Assembly: GCA_918797485.1 (NCBI GenBank) | Contig: CAKKNE010000004.1 | Location: forward strand, 2,852,001 to 2,916,000 | DNA length: 64,000 nucleotides | Direction of reading: 5' to 3' | Source of the DNA: Pelagomonas calceolata | Taxonomy: Eukaryota | In this document: piece after piece, positions 30,612 to 40,486 of the stretch | Layout: every line of letters starts with the position of its first letter | Numbering within the stretch: the first letter of the stretch is position 1 | Program-made: the position numbers and the translations under genes | The notes under the pieces: model-generated | The model's database searches: none | Seen by the model: the letters and a program-made list of their open reading frames with translations, nothing else | Told to the model about the DNA's origin: nothing

Positions 30612-30791
30612 AGTTGTGATGTTTGTGCCTGAGAGCCTCAACTTTAAGAGATCGTTTTTGGTCGCGCGCGCTTGAAAGACGTGCGCGGGCGTGACTCGTG
30701 ATTGTGTTCGTACGCTGTGATCGCTACGACTGGATGCCTGAAGCGTAGTTAAATGAGGACTAGGCACTGAAGCACAGTCGAGGAAGTTTAG

Positions 30792-30813
30792 CTAGCGGCC
30801 TGTAAGACACTAG
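30792..30813. promoter_or_regulatory. Representative copy of the recurrent intergenic motif CTAGCG-N(2-4)-TGTAAGACACTAG
   Basis: CTAGCGGCCTGTAAGACACTAG; similar copies at 16692, 27888, 32734, 42054, 44549, 45970, 51271, 54494, 58758 and 63752, all intergenic. Confidence 0.7.
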
Positions 30814-30907
30814 CAAGCTGCAAGCCCAGGGCTCGCAGTGCATCGTGCGCATTCGCGGGCACCCGCTACCTGTCGTGTTGCCAGTCGACGCCATCGCTGC
30901 AGCACCA

Positions 30908-32131
30908 ATGCCGCCCGTCGAGATCGCCGCCCCACCACCATCTCCAGCGCCGGAGATCGTCGCGGCCCAGCTCGCGACCGCACCGCTCTGCCTGCCCCCG
31001 ACGTCGTGCCCCGGCTGGATCGCGCCGTGCCTGCACTCGCTGACCGTCGCCGAAGCATTAAGGCTGGAGCGGACATCAAGAAGGTGGCGCGCGTGGCTCC
31101 TGTCAGCTGACCACATCTGGCAGCAGCTCGCGGCGTCGAGCGGCGTTTCACTACGATGCGCGGGGCCGCTCGCCCCGTTCTTTCGCGTGGCGAGCTGGCG
31201 GCGCGTCTGTGTGGAATTAGTGGGCGCGCTGAGTAGGGATCTGAGGGGCGAGGACGCGTTTTTGCAGGACGCGGCGCCCGGTTGTATAGTGGAGGTCTTC
31301 GAGACCGTCTCCCCCGACCGCGAGTACACGGTACCGGCGGCGGGCGAGGTCTTCGAGCCGTCTTCAACATTCAGACCGTCTGATGTAGGAGTGCCGGTGC
31401 GGCTGCGCGATAACCAGCGCGCCTGGGCGATCAAATACAGGGTCTTGACACCGCGGACGCCGCGGTGGTGGCGCGCGGTGTGTGATGTCGATGCGGATGA
31501 TGCGGCGGCGAGGGACTTCTGCGCGGGCCTCGCGGGCCGGCACTGGGTCGCGGAGCCCGGCGGCGTCTTCACTTTCTGCGCGTCCCGCACTGTGATGAGC
31601 CGTGTGGAAATCAACTGGTCGCGTCGATGGCGTAGGACCTTGTTCACGCAGGCGACGCCGACGCACTACCGCTACGCGGCGAAGGAGTGGCGCTGGTCCC
31701 CGGACCGGCTCAACTGGACGCCCGTCACCGAATTCCTGTCGGGCGGCGTGCGGTGGCGCGCGCGCACGCTCGCCGAGGGCGACCGCCAGATCTGCCGCTT
31801 CCTCGCGCGGCGGGCGCCGGCGCCGGACGCGTGGCGCCTCGCGCCGACGTCGTGCTCCTTGGCTTATAACGCGCCGCCGCAGCGGCGGCGCGACGACGAC
31901 CGCGGCGCCCGCAGCGCGCACCGGTCGATCCGGCCGGACGCGCACGGCGGCGTGCTCGCCTTGGCGGACACGCGCGTGCAGGTCATCCACGCCTCCTTCG
32001 CGGCGCCGCGGCGCATCCTCCACGCGGAGCCGCACGTCGTCCAGGGCCACCCGGGCGGGTGGCTATGGGAAGAAGATGGGTCGTGGAGCGTCGGCCTCGG
32101 GTCCGCGGCGGACATCGTCGACGACGACTAA
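30908..32131 (+). CDS. F-box-like protein; probable in-frame 60-nt intron 31592-31651
   Basis: LHSLTVAEALRLERTSRRWRAWLLSADHIWQQL resembles an F-box; the internal GT..AG segment carries the introner TIR and core motif. Confidence 0.6.
   Translation: MPPVEIAAPPPSPAPEIVAAQLATAPLCLPPTSCPGWIAPCLHSLTVAEALRLERTSRRWRAWLLSADHIWQQLAASSGVSLRCAGPLAPFFRVASWRRVCVELVGALSRDLRGEDAFLQDAAPGCIVEVFETVSPDREYTVPAAGEVFEPSSTFRPSDVGVPVRLRDNQRAWAIKYRVLTPRTPRWWRAVCDVDADDAAARDFCAGLAGRHWVAEPGGVFTFCASRTVMSRVEINWSRRWRRTLFTQATPTHYRYAAKEWRWSPDRLNWTPVTEFLSGGVRWRARTLAEGDRQICRFLARRAPAPDAWRLAPTSCSLAYNAPPQRRRDDDRGARSAHRSIRPDAHGGVLALADTRVQVIHASFAAPRRILHAEPHVVQGHPGGWLWEEDGSWSVGLGSAADIVDDD
31592..31651 (+). mobile_element. Shortened, degenerate introner-derived intron
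   Basis: GTGATGAG + CCGTGTGGAAATCAA (TIR, 1 mismatch) + CGCGTCGATGGCGT core + CACGCAG acceptor. Confidence 0.75.
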
Positions 32132-32149
32132 AGGAATCTTTATGAAAGA

Positions 32150-32659
32150 CTAATCCTTGTTCGTCATGGCCTTCACGGAGGCCAGGAGCGCGTCGGCCTC
32201 GTCGGACGCGGCCGCGTCGGCGGCGGCCTTGCGTTGCGTGAATTCGTCCGCCGGCGGCGCGTCCGCCGCCGGCGCCGGCGCCGGCGCCGGCGCGTCTCCC
32301 ACCAAAAAGCTGTACTTGTCCTCCAAGTCCTTCAGTTTTTGCTGCTTCTTCGCGATGGCCGCGGCGGGGTCGGCCTGGTTCTCCAAGATGTCACCGACGA
32401 GCGACGGGATCACGAAGATGACTAAAAACGCGAGCACGCCGAGCGCGACGTAGTCCTGCGTGCCGAGGCCCGAGATCCAAGTGCCGAAATCTGCTAGCGC
32501 AACGGTTGGGATCAAGGCCGTGGCGACGGCGGTCGCACCCGCGATGGGTCGCGTCGACGGCGGCTGCAGAGCGCCTGCACGCTGCAGGGGCCTTGTAGGC
32601 GGCACGAGAGCGCTGGCTGTCGCAACCACGACCGCGACCAGGGCGAGGCGGCACGCCAT
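32150..32659 (-). CDS. Probable plastid-targeted small membrane protein
   Basis: Signal peptide ending ASA-L (MACRLALVAVVVATASALVPP), a second hydrophobic stretch ending ALA-D, then one TM helix. Confidence 0.65.
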   Translation of the reverse strand: MACRLALVAVVVATASALVPPTRPLQRAGALQPPSTRPIAGATAVATALIPTVALADFGTWISGLGTQDYVALGVLAFLVIFVIPSLVGDILENQADPAAAIAKKQQKLKDLEDKYSFLVGDAPAPAPAPAADAPPADEFTQRKAAADAAASDEADALLASVKAMTNKD

Positions 32660-33173
32660 TGCTCTCTGTAACGTTCGACAAGCGACTGTAGGCTGCGTAC
32701 TGGCTCGTTCTGGGCCGATCAAAGTTTAGCTAGCTAGCGCCCTGTAACACACTAGGAAAACCCGCTTTGCTTCAAGGAACGCTATTTTTGGCTTTTCAGC
32801 CTTGTAGAAGACGCGTGCATGTTTCTTCGAGCCTGTCTCAGCCCCCTAGCAGCGGCCTCGACAGCCCAGACTCGCGCTTGACACATCAGCAGGTTGAAAG
32901 CGTACACCTGTCAAGTTGCCGACCGCGTGGAAAACTTTTCTGTAGCCTAACGTTGCCATACAACTGCCGGCTGGCCGTTTCGAGCGGATGCGAGCGCGGT
33001 AGACAGCACCAAAGGAGTGCAACACCAAAGCCGAGGCTGAACCGGGCCCGTCGCGGGGCTATAAACGCCATCGATGCGACTGTCGATCGCTCTCACCCGC
33101 CCTACGCTGCCGCCGACCTTGCGATAACTGCCGAGGCCGCAATGCGCACTCACCGCGTCCCGCGCAGGTCACC

Positions 33174-33920
33174 ATGCTGTCCAAGGCCTGCATCGCCCTC
33201 GCGCTGGCGCCGGCCGCGGCCTTCAACTTCGGCGACATCCTCAAGAAGAAGTCGGCGCCGAAGCCGGCGGCGCCCGCGGCGCCGCAGAAGTCGAGCGGCG
33301 GCGCCTACCCGTCGGTCGCGCTCCCGTTCACGACGACGAACCTCGACGGCTCGTTGGTGGGCGACGTGGGCTTCGACCCGCTCGGCTTCTCGAAGTACGC
33401 GCCGGGCGCGTGGTGGCAGGGGGACGAGGGCGACGGCTCGCTCAAGATCTTCCGCGAGGCCGAGCTCATGCACGGCCGCATCGCCCAGCTCGCGTGCCTG
33501 GGCTGGGTCTTCCCGGAGATCGCCCACTTCCCGGGCAAGGACGGCGCCTTCGGCAAGATGAACCCGTTCGAGGCCGTCGACGCGATCCCGAACGCCGGCT
33601 GGTACCAGATCCTGGCGTTCATGGCCTCGCTCGAAGTCTACCGCGTGAACAAGCTCAAGGACCCGGCCTACGTGCCCGGCGACCTCAGCCTCGGCCAGGG
33701 CCCGGGCCGCTGGAACCCGTTCGGCTTCGACTACACGCCCGAGGAGTACGCCGAGAAGCAGCTCCAGGAGATCAAGCACTGCCGCCTCGCGATGCTCGGC
33801 ATCATCGGCCTCGCGGCCAAGTCGTCGGGCGCGGGCGACGTCGGCGTCCTCGCCATGCTCGGCGGCGGCAAGCCCGAGTTCGTGACGAAGGCCGGCTTCT
33901 ACTTCCCGGAGGGCATCTAA
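33174..33920 (+). CDS. Light-harvesting complex (fucoxanthin-chlorophyll a/c binding) protein
   Basis: AAA-F presequence, LVGDVGFDPLG, REAELMHGRIAQLA, QLQEIKHCRLAMLG; extreme codon bias. Confidence 0.96.
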   Translation: MLSKACIALALAPAAAFNFGDILKKKSAPKPAAPAAPQKSSGGAYPSVALPFTTTNLDGSLVGDVGFDPLGFSKYAPGAWWQGDEGDGSLKIFREAELMHGRIAQLACLGWVFPEIAHFPGKDGAFGKMNPFEAVDAIPNAGWYQILAFMASLEVYRVNKLKDPAYVPGDLSLGQGPGRWNPFGFDYTPEEYAEKQLQEIKHCRLAMLGIIGLAAKSSGAGDVGVLAMLGGGKPEFVTKAGFYFPEGI

Positions 33921-34009
33921 AGCAGCTGACGAAATCCAGTTGTGCCCTGTTTTAATACTAACCCTCATCTAGGAAGTCGCGTCGACGGCGTCGACTCGGA
34001 GCAGAAAAA

Positions 34010-35293
34010 CTAAAAGTCGACGTTACCCGAGATCGTCGGGTAGGCGTAGACCGGCCGGGGCACGGCCTTCGTCACGAGCGTGTCGCCCTTCGTCGGGTGC
34101 GTCACCGTAACACTAATAATCGGGTCGCGCCGCACGTCCCGCTTCAGCGTCCTATGTAAACCGCCCACGGACCGGTCGGGCGCGGGCTTCAAATCTAACC
34201 GACGATACGAGCCCGCGACGGTGGGCGCACTCGGGTAGGCCCAGCCCACGGGCGCCGCCTCCGCATTTTCTGTTCGCATCGATATGAAGGACGCCGTCGA
34301 CAGCTCCTGTTCTGAAGCGTCGGCGAACTTGGCTCGTCCCCGATCGTAGGGCGGCACGGGGTCGACAGGCGTCCAGTCGATGGCCGTCGTCATGTTATGT
34401 GCGGCCACCGGCAGGGCTACGGGCTTCGGGACGCGGCACAAAGCCGCGGGCGCGACGGACGCGTCCAAACCCGTGTCGGTGTGACAAATAGTCATCACCG
34501 GGCCGGTCGGCGACCCGGGCGGTGGAGATAAAGGACATTCGTCGATGTGTCTAGCGGATCGAGGCCTCCCTTGCGTCCTTAAACCACGATCGAAGGGAAA
34601 TCTTCCTAACTCGGCAACTCGCGACGCGCGCGTCGTCCTCCCCATAGCCTTCTCCAGCAAAGCATGCTTCGATTTTCTGGAATGCTCCAACCTTTTACTT
34701 TCACCAGAGGGTAGCGACATGATCGAGAGCCGCGCGGACGGCGCCGTCAGCGCCATGCTACGCTTCGTATACTCGTATTTCTCAGCGTGCTTCGCGAGCT
34801 CCTTCCGCGCAAGGCCTTTCCAGGGCTTTGACTGTTTGACCATGCGCTTGCACATTTTTACTTGGGCCCACTTCTCACTGTCCAGTTCTTTCACTTTATT
34901 CACTTTATGCTCGCGGTACTCCTTAGGAGTCGGCCCGGGCATGTCAATGCCGTTGCCCCAGGTCGACGTCGGCATGTCCGTCCGACAGGTCCCTCCTGTC
35001 AGAAATTTCGGCGGATCGTGCTGGATGTTGTGGAAGGTCCTCGCGTTTTCCTCGTCCCTAATTCTCAGTTTGTCCTCGAGCATTTCTCGTTTTTTTCTTT
35101 TTGTCCAAAGGTGGATCTGCTCGTCCGGTGTTCTATGATCGAAGGAGTACTGGCGGTCCGCGTGCGGCTTGCGCCTTCGAATGCGCATCAAAGCCATCTG
35201 GGTGTGCGCCTGCTGCGCTCTAATATACTCATTTTGGACACATACTGAACTTGCGCGCAGCTGGGGCCGGCCCTTGAAGGCGGCGGTGGGCAT
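34010..35293 (-). CDS. Hypothetical basic protein
   Basis: Long ORF; first plausible ATG at 35293; no recognisable domain. Confidence 0.6.
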   Translation of the reverse strand: MPTAAFKGRPQLRASSVCVQNEYIRAQQAHTQMALMRIRRRKPHADRQYSFDHRTPDEQIHLWTKRKKREMLEDKLRIRDEENARTFHNIQHDPPKFLTGGTCRTDMPTSTWGNGIDMPGPTPKEYREHKVNKVKELDSEKWAQVKMCKRMVKQSKPWKGLARKELAKHAEKYEYTKRSMALTAPSARLSIMSLPSGESKRLEHSRKSKHALLEKAMGRTTRASRVAELGRFPFDRGLRTQGRPRSARHIDECPLSPPPGSPTGPVMTICHTDTGLDASVAPAALCRVPKPVALPVAAHNMTTAIDWTPVDPVPPYDRGRAKFADASEQELSTASFISMRTENAEAAPVGWAYPSAPTVAGSYRRLDLKPAPDRSVGGLHRTLKRDVRRDPIISVTVTHPTKGDTLVTKAVPRPVYAYPTISGNVDF

Positions 35294-35664
35294 GGTGGGC
35301 TGCCTGTTGTCTCGACTGTCTGCTGCCCGGGCAGCCCGCCAGCCCGACAAGCGTGGTTCTCGGACGCCCTCCGGTTGCGGCAAATCGTTCAATTCGCTCA
35401 GCTCCCTCGCAGCTGTGTGCGCGGCGCAGGTGCGAGAGCCCGCGTTGGATGGGGAGCTGCAAAAGCAGGCTTTTGCCGAGGAACCCTCGGCGAGGCCTCC
35501 GGCCACGGCCAGCACTACCTGAGAGTAGTGCCGGGACGGGCAGGTATGGTGCGGGTCGCGCTCCAGCGGCCCTGCCAAGGTTTGGAGTCCGGCAGTCTAA
35601 GCGCCGGCATTGATCGCACCCAGCATCCGGGCAGCGTCCAGCACCCAAGGGCAGCCTGGAAACC

Positions 35665-36483
35665 ATGGCAAGGCGCATACTACTGCTCCTCCTCGGCAGT
35701 AGTATCGGAGTAGAGAGCGCCCCGAGCCAGGACGTCCAGGACCTCTGCCGCGACGAGGCGCGCAGCACGACGACGGTGCGCGAGAACGTAATCGTCGCGA
35801 TCCGGGGCGGCGGATTTAGAAGGAGGCCCGGCCAGGCCATGATCCACCCGTGCTGCCCGTCCGACGAGGACGCGCGGCGCGTCTTCATGTCCGTGCTCAC
35901 GTTCATCAACAAGTTAAAGACCTACGGCTTCGGCGACACGCGCGTGCTCGGGACGACGTACGGCTGCCCGGCCGGCGACGCGCAGTACACAAAGGAGCTG
36001 CAGGAGTGGTACGAGCCCTACCTCAAATCATCTGATGATTGGACGATGCTGAGCCACGGCTCGAAGGCGCATGACAAACATCGACAGAAGAGCGGGGCGC
36101 AGGGCCTCTGGACGCAGTCCAAGTTCGTGGTGAGCGAGCTCCAGGCGCGGCTCCGGCCCGTCGAGGCGGCCGCGCCGCCCAGGCTACTCGTGGAGCTCCG
36201 CGCCGACGAGATGATCGCCGTGCGCAACTGGACGCTCTTCCGCGAATGTTTACATGAGGGTCCCGCGGGCGACGTCGTGCCCGGGGAATATGCGAGGTGC
36301 TACACGCACTGGGACGACCTGCCCGACGCCCCGTCCGTCATCCCGGCCATGCGGGAGCTCTTCAAGCTGGGGCCGGAGCGTACGGCGTGCGCCGAGAATA
36401 TCGTTCGAAGGCAGGTCCGGGGCTCGTGCGTCGCCGACGACGCCTTCCCGAACCACGCGTGGCTGCACCGCGCGCCGGGCTAG
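35665..36483 (+). CDS. Hypothetical secreted protein
   Basis: Signal-peptide-like start (MARRILLLLLGSSIGVESA), GC3-biased codons. Confidence 0.65.
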   Translation: MARRILLLLLGSSIGVESAPSQDVQDLCRDEARSTTTVRENVIVAIRGGGFRRRPGQAMIHPCCPSDEDARRVFMSVLTFINKLKTYGFGDTRVLGTTYGCPAGDAQYTKELQEWYEPYLKSSDDWTMLSHGSKAHDKHRQKSGAQGLWTQSKFVVSELQARLRPVEAAAPPRLLVELRADEMIAVRNWTLFRECLHEGPAGDVVPGEYARCYTHWDDLPDAPSVIPAMRELFKLGPERTACAENIVRRQVRGSCVADDAFPNHAWLHRAPG

Positions 36484-36499
36484 GACTAACTACACTACA

Positions 36500-37699
36500 T
36501 CACATTTTACGCCGCTTGAGCAGGTCCCCGAGCCGCCGGACGCTCGACGCGTGCGGGTCGCTCGCCTTGGCGTCCTTGTAGCACCGCTTCGCGCCGGTCT
36601 CGTCGCCGGCGTTCAGGGAGATCTCGCCGAGCGCCGCGTGGGCCGTGGCGCACGCGGGGTCCAGCTCCAACGCTCTACGTAATAAAGCCGCGCCCTTTTC
36701 CACCTGGGCCGCATCATTCGTATCCGCGCCCCGGCGTGCCTCGAAGCGGCCGTGGTCCGCGACGGCCAGCGAGTCGCGGGGCGCCGCCGCGACGGCCCGC
36801 TCGTACAACGAGCCCGCCCTTTCATGATCGTTCAACTTCTCCTCGCAGACCACCGCTAAGTTGTAGAGCGCGTAGGCGTGCGTCGGCTTCGCCTTCAAGG
36901 CGCGCTCGTAGAGCTGCACCGCGCCCTCCACATCATTCAAACCCGAGTCGAGCATGACCGCATAATTATAACACGAGTTCGCGTGCGCGGGATCCGCCGT
37001 GAGCGCCTGTTCGTAGATTTTTTTGGCTTTCGCGTAGTCGCGCTTCATCTCGCTCAGGTAGAGCCCATAATTCGACAGCGCGTTGACGGCCGTCGGGTCC
37101 GCCTTGACGGCTCTCCCATACAATTGTTCCGTGAGCGGGTCGTGGGGCCGCACGGCGTGCAGGAGGACGGCGTAGGCGCCCAGCGCGTCGGCGTCCTCGC
37201 TTATGCCGATGGCCTTCTTGAGGATGGTCTCGGCGCGGTCCGGGGCCCGCAGCGCGTGCCGTAAAAAATTAGCGTACTTCACGAGCACGGCGACCGAGTC
37301 CGGATATGCATCGAAATAAGCTTTGTAGGCGGCCTCGATTTCATGAGATGGCCGCTTGCAGCTCTGTAGAAATAAAGGCAGGTTGCCCAGGCAGGTCGGG
37401 CACGTCGGGTGCACGCTCAAACCGCGCTCGTAGAGCTCCTGGGCCCGTTGCCTGTCGCCTTTTTCTTCACAGAGCGCGGCGTACGCGCCGCAGTAGTGCG
37501 CATAAGCTCTTTGTAAGTGCGGCGGCACGCCGGCGGGGCAGCACGCGAGCGCGTCGTCAAACGCTTTCGACGCCTCCTCGGCGCGGCCGCCCTGCGCCGC
37601 CAGGGCCTCGCCCAGGGAGCCGTAGCCGATCACATCCTTCCTCAGGTGCTCCTCCTGGAGGCGCTGGACGACCGCGGCGGGCGGGTCGGCCGTGCCCAT
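36500..37699 (-). CDS. Tetratricopeptide repeat protein
   Basis: Tandem TPRs (ALSNYGLYL...YEQALTADP, CYNYAVML...YERALKAKP, LYNLAVV...YERAVAAAP). Confidence 0.88.
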   Translation of the reverse strand: MGTADPPAAVVQRLQEEHLRKDVIGYGSLGEALAAQGGRAEEASKAFDDALACCPAGVPPHLQRAYAHYCGAYAALCEEKGDRQRAQELYERGLSVHPTCPTCLGNLPLFLQSCKRPSHEIEAAYKAYFDAYPDSVAVLVKYANFLRHALRAPDRAETILKKAIGISEDADALGAYAVLLHAVRPHDPLTEQLYGRAVKADPTAVNALSNYGLYLSEMKRDYAKAKKIYEQALTADPAHANSCYNYAVMLDSGLNDVEGAVQLYERALKAKPTHAYALYNLAVVCEEKLNDHERAGSLYERAVAAAPRDSLAVADHGRFEARRGADTNDAAQVEKGAALLRRALELDPACATAHAALGEISLNAGDETGAKRCYKDAKASDPHASSVRRLGDLLKRRKM

Positions 37700-38193
37700 G
37701 GCCGCTGTTTGTTTTAGGCAGCCCTTCTTGCTCTGTGCTGCCTGTTAGAGCTGCCCCTGCCGCGCACCGCGCCGAGTAAAATCGTTAGACGAAGGCCGAT
37801 CGCAGGAGCGCGCCATCTGGGAGCACTCCTAGTGCCCGCCCATACGCCTACGCCCCGTGGCTAATAGTCCTACGGGGATTTGCGGCTTCCCAAATTTTAC
37901 CGATGGGTGGGACCAAGGACAGCTGTTTGGGCCGGTGGATGCTCAAGGGTTGGCTTTTGGCCGCTTCGCGCTGCGAGACAAAGCAGCGCGCAAAACGACC
38001 CAAGGGCCCGCCCGCAAAAGGGCGCAGTGTGCCAGGTCGCGTCGTAGAGTTTCGCTCGCCTCAGGGCCCGGCGCTTGGGCGCTGGTGACCACTGCGCGCT
38101 CCGTAAGCACTGTGCAGACAAAAGCGACGTTCGACGCGTAACCGCCTCCCCGCGCGGCCTAGCGCCCGTGAAAGAAGCTTCCCCAAGATCACG

Positions 38194-40410
38194 ATGGCGA
38201 CCACCTTCCGCCCCCGCCGCCTCTCGGCAGAAAACACGGCAGAAAACAGGGACCACGAGTTCGGCGCCCTGAAGACGCAGTGGAGCGCCGCGGCGCGCAA
38301 GAGCGCGCGCATGCCCTTCGGCGCGCTCGACCCCAACTCCAGCGTCAGCTACCCCGGCGGCGCCGGCGTGAAGAAGGCCCGCAAGGCCGCTGTAAAGAAG
38401 CCCTTCGTCAAGCCGCCGCCGCTCGACGCGGAACTGCTGGTGGGCGCCGACCCGCTGCCCGGCCTCCGGTCGCCGGGCAAGGCGCCGCCGCGGCGCGCGT
38501 CGCTCGCGCCCGCCGCCTGCGCGCGCACGCCGAACGTCGCGCGCGCGGCGACGCCGACGCCCAGCCCGGTCGCGCCGACGCCGCTCACGGCGGCGATGCT
38601 CGCGGCGCCGACGCCGGTGGCCGCAGCGACGCCCAAGGTCGCGAGCCCGGCGTCGTGCGTGTCGACGCCCGCCGAGGCGTCGCCGGTCGAGAAGGCGCCG
38701 TCGCCGATCCAGCAAGCGCCGACGCCGGCGGCTCCAACGCCTGCTGCGCCGTCGCCGATTCAGAAAGCGCCGACGCCCGCGCCAAGCCCGGTGGCCGCGC
38801 CCTCACCGATCCGCAAGATCGAAAAGCGCCAATCGACGCCGATCGAAAAGGCGCCGACGCTGTCGCCGCACAAGCCTACGGCGGCCGAGGTCGCGGCCGC
38901 CGACGCGACGCTCGCGCGCATGGAGGCCGAGCTCGCGGCCCAGATCCGAAAAGCGGCGTCGCCCGCGCCGCCGGCGTCGAGCCCCGTCCCGGCGGCGACG
39001 CCGCACGTCGTCACCGGACCCCAAAAACCGCGGCAGCCGCATTCAAAAGACGCGCCCGTGGCGACGCCTCAGAAGGCCGGTTTGTTCACAGCCCCGCCGA
39101 ACACGCCCGCCGACCGGTGCGACGCCGTCGTCGCGCGCACGGCGCTGCGCCACGCCGAGCTCATGACGCGCCTGCAGCACCTGGGGAAGCGGCGCGGCGT
39201 CAAGGCGAACCCGGGCCCGCGGCCGCGGCCGCCGGGCGGGCCGACGCACAAGCCCTACGAGTTCCGGGAGAGCCGCTTCGTCAAGCCCGAGGAGGCCTCC
39301 TCGTCCAAGGTGGAGACGCCGCGCGGGCCGACGTTCGCGCCCTGGGCGCCGACGCCGCCGCCGCCCTCCGAGAAGGCGCCGCCGACGGGCTGGCGCGGCG
39401 CGTCGCCGGATTTGAGAGTTGCGCGCGCCGAGGCGGCTCTGGAAGCCGAAGCCCTGAAGCGCGAGCACGCGGAGCAGGCGCTGGTTAAAGAAAGAGCCGC
39501 GCGCGAGGCGCTCGCAGAAGCGGCTAACAAGTGCGACGTGGCTGAAGCACGTGTTGCGGCCGAGTCCGCGCGCGCTGATGTGGCCGAGGCGGCCTTAGCG
39601 GCAGAGAAACTCGCGCGCCAACAAGACGCGCAGCGGCCCGAGGCCGAGGCCGCGGCGACCCTCAAAGCCAAGGCGGCGACGGCGCACGCGCGCGACGACC
39701 TCGCGCAGCGCGAGGCCGACGCCCAGCACCAGCGGGAGAAGGCCGAGCTCGTCGACGAAGCTAGGAGCGCGGCGGCGCGCGCGGCGCGCGAGGCCGCGGC
39801 GAACTCCATGGGCCGCGTGGCTGCGGCGGCGGCGGCCCACGCGGCGCGCGACGAGGCGCTGAGGGCTCTCGACGAGGAGCGGGGCCTGCGCGACGCCGAG
39901 GTCGCCGACGCGCGCAAGGCCGTCGTCGAGCGCGCGAAGAGCCAGTTCGCCGACGCGCGTGCCGAGTACGCCCGGCTCAAGGACGAGCTCGCTGCGGAGC
40001 GGGCGAAGCGCGAATCATTGGAGGCGAGTTCCGCGGAACGGGCGACGGAGGCTGCGGCGGCGATCGCCGAGGCGCGGCGCGAGGCCGAGAAGGCGGCGGC
40101 GGCGGCGGCCGAGAAGTCTGCGGCCGTCGAGAGAGAGGCACAAGCGGAGCAAATCGCGAAGCTGGAAAAGCAGCTCGCGGCGGCGCGCGACGCTGCCCGC
40201 GACGCCGAGCGCGGCACGGCGGACGCCAAGGCGACCGCGAACCTCGCGGCCAAGCGGGCCGACGCGGCGGAAGCCAAGGCCGCACGCGTCCAGGCCGAGC
40301 TTACGGAGGTGCGCGCCGTCTCCGAGGAGCTCGCGGCGCTCGCCGAGGCGCGGACGGCGAAGCGGTCCTCGCACGCGGCCTCGGACGACCTCGAAGGCCT
40401 CGTGCTCTGA
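38194..40410 (+). CDS. Pro/Ser/Thr-rich plus long coiled-coil protein
   Basis: N-terminal SP/TP repeats (SPIQKAPTP-like) and an Ala/Glu-rich C-terminal coiled coil. Confidence 0.75.
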   Translation: MATTFRPRRLSAENTAENRDHEFGALKTQWSAAARKSARMPFGALDPNSSVSYPGGAGVKKARKAAVKKPFVKPPPLDAELLVGADPLPGLRSPGKAPPRRASLAPAACARTPNVARAATPTPSPVAPTPLTAAMLAAPTPVAAATPKVASPASCVSTPAEASPVEKAPSPIQQAPTPAAPTPAAPSPIQKAPTPAPSPVAAPSPIRKIEKRQSTPIEKAPTLSPHKPTAAEVAAADATLARMEAELAAQIRKAASPAPPASSPVPAATPHVVTGPQKPRQPHSKDAPVATPQKAGLFTAPPNTPADRCDAVVARTALRHAELMTRLQHLGKRRGVKANPGPRPRPPGGPTHKPYEFRESRFVKPEEASSSKVETPRGPTFAPWAPTPPPPSEKAPPTGWRGASPDLRVARAEAALEAEALKREHAEQALVKERAAREALAEAANKCDVAEARVAAESARADVAEAALAAEKLARQQDAQRPEAEAAATLKAKAATAHARDDLAQREADAQHQREKAELVDEARSAAARAAREAAANSMGRVAAAAAAHAARDEALRALDEERGLRDAEVADARKAVVERAKSQFADARAEYARLKDELAAERAKRESLEASSAERATEAAAAIAEARREAEKAAAAAAEKSAAVEREAQAEQIAKLEKQLAAARDAARDAERGTADAKATANLAAKRADAAEAKAARVQAELTEVRAVSEELAALAEARTAKRSSHAASDDLEGLVL

Positions 40411-40486
40411 TTATTCCCCTATTCCCCAACCGGTTGCCACAAGGGCATGTTGTAATGACTGACCGCCCGGATTCACTAGTCACATT

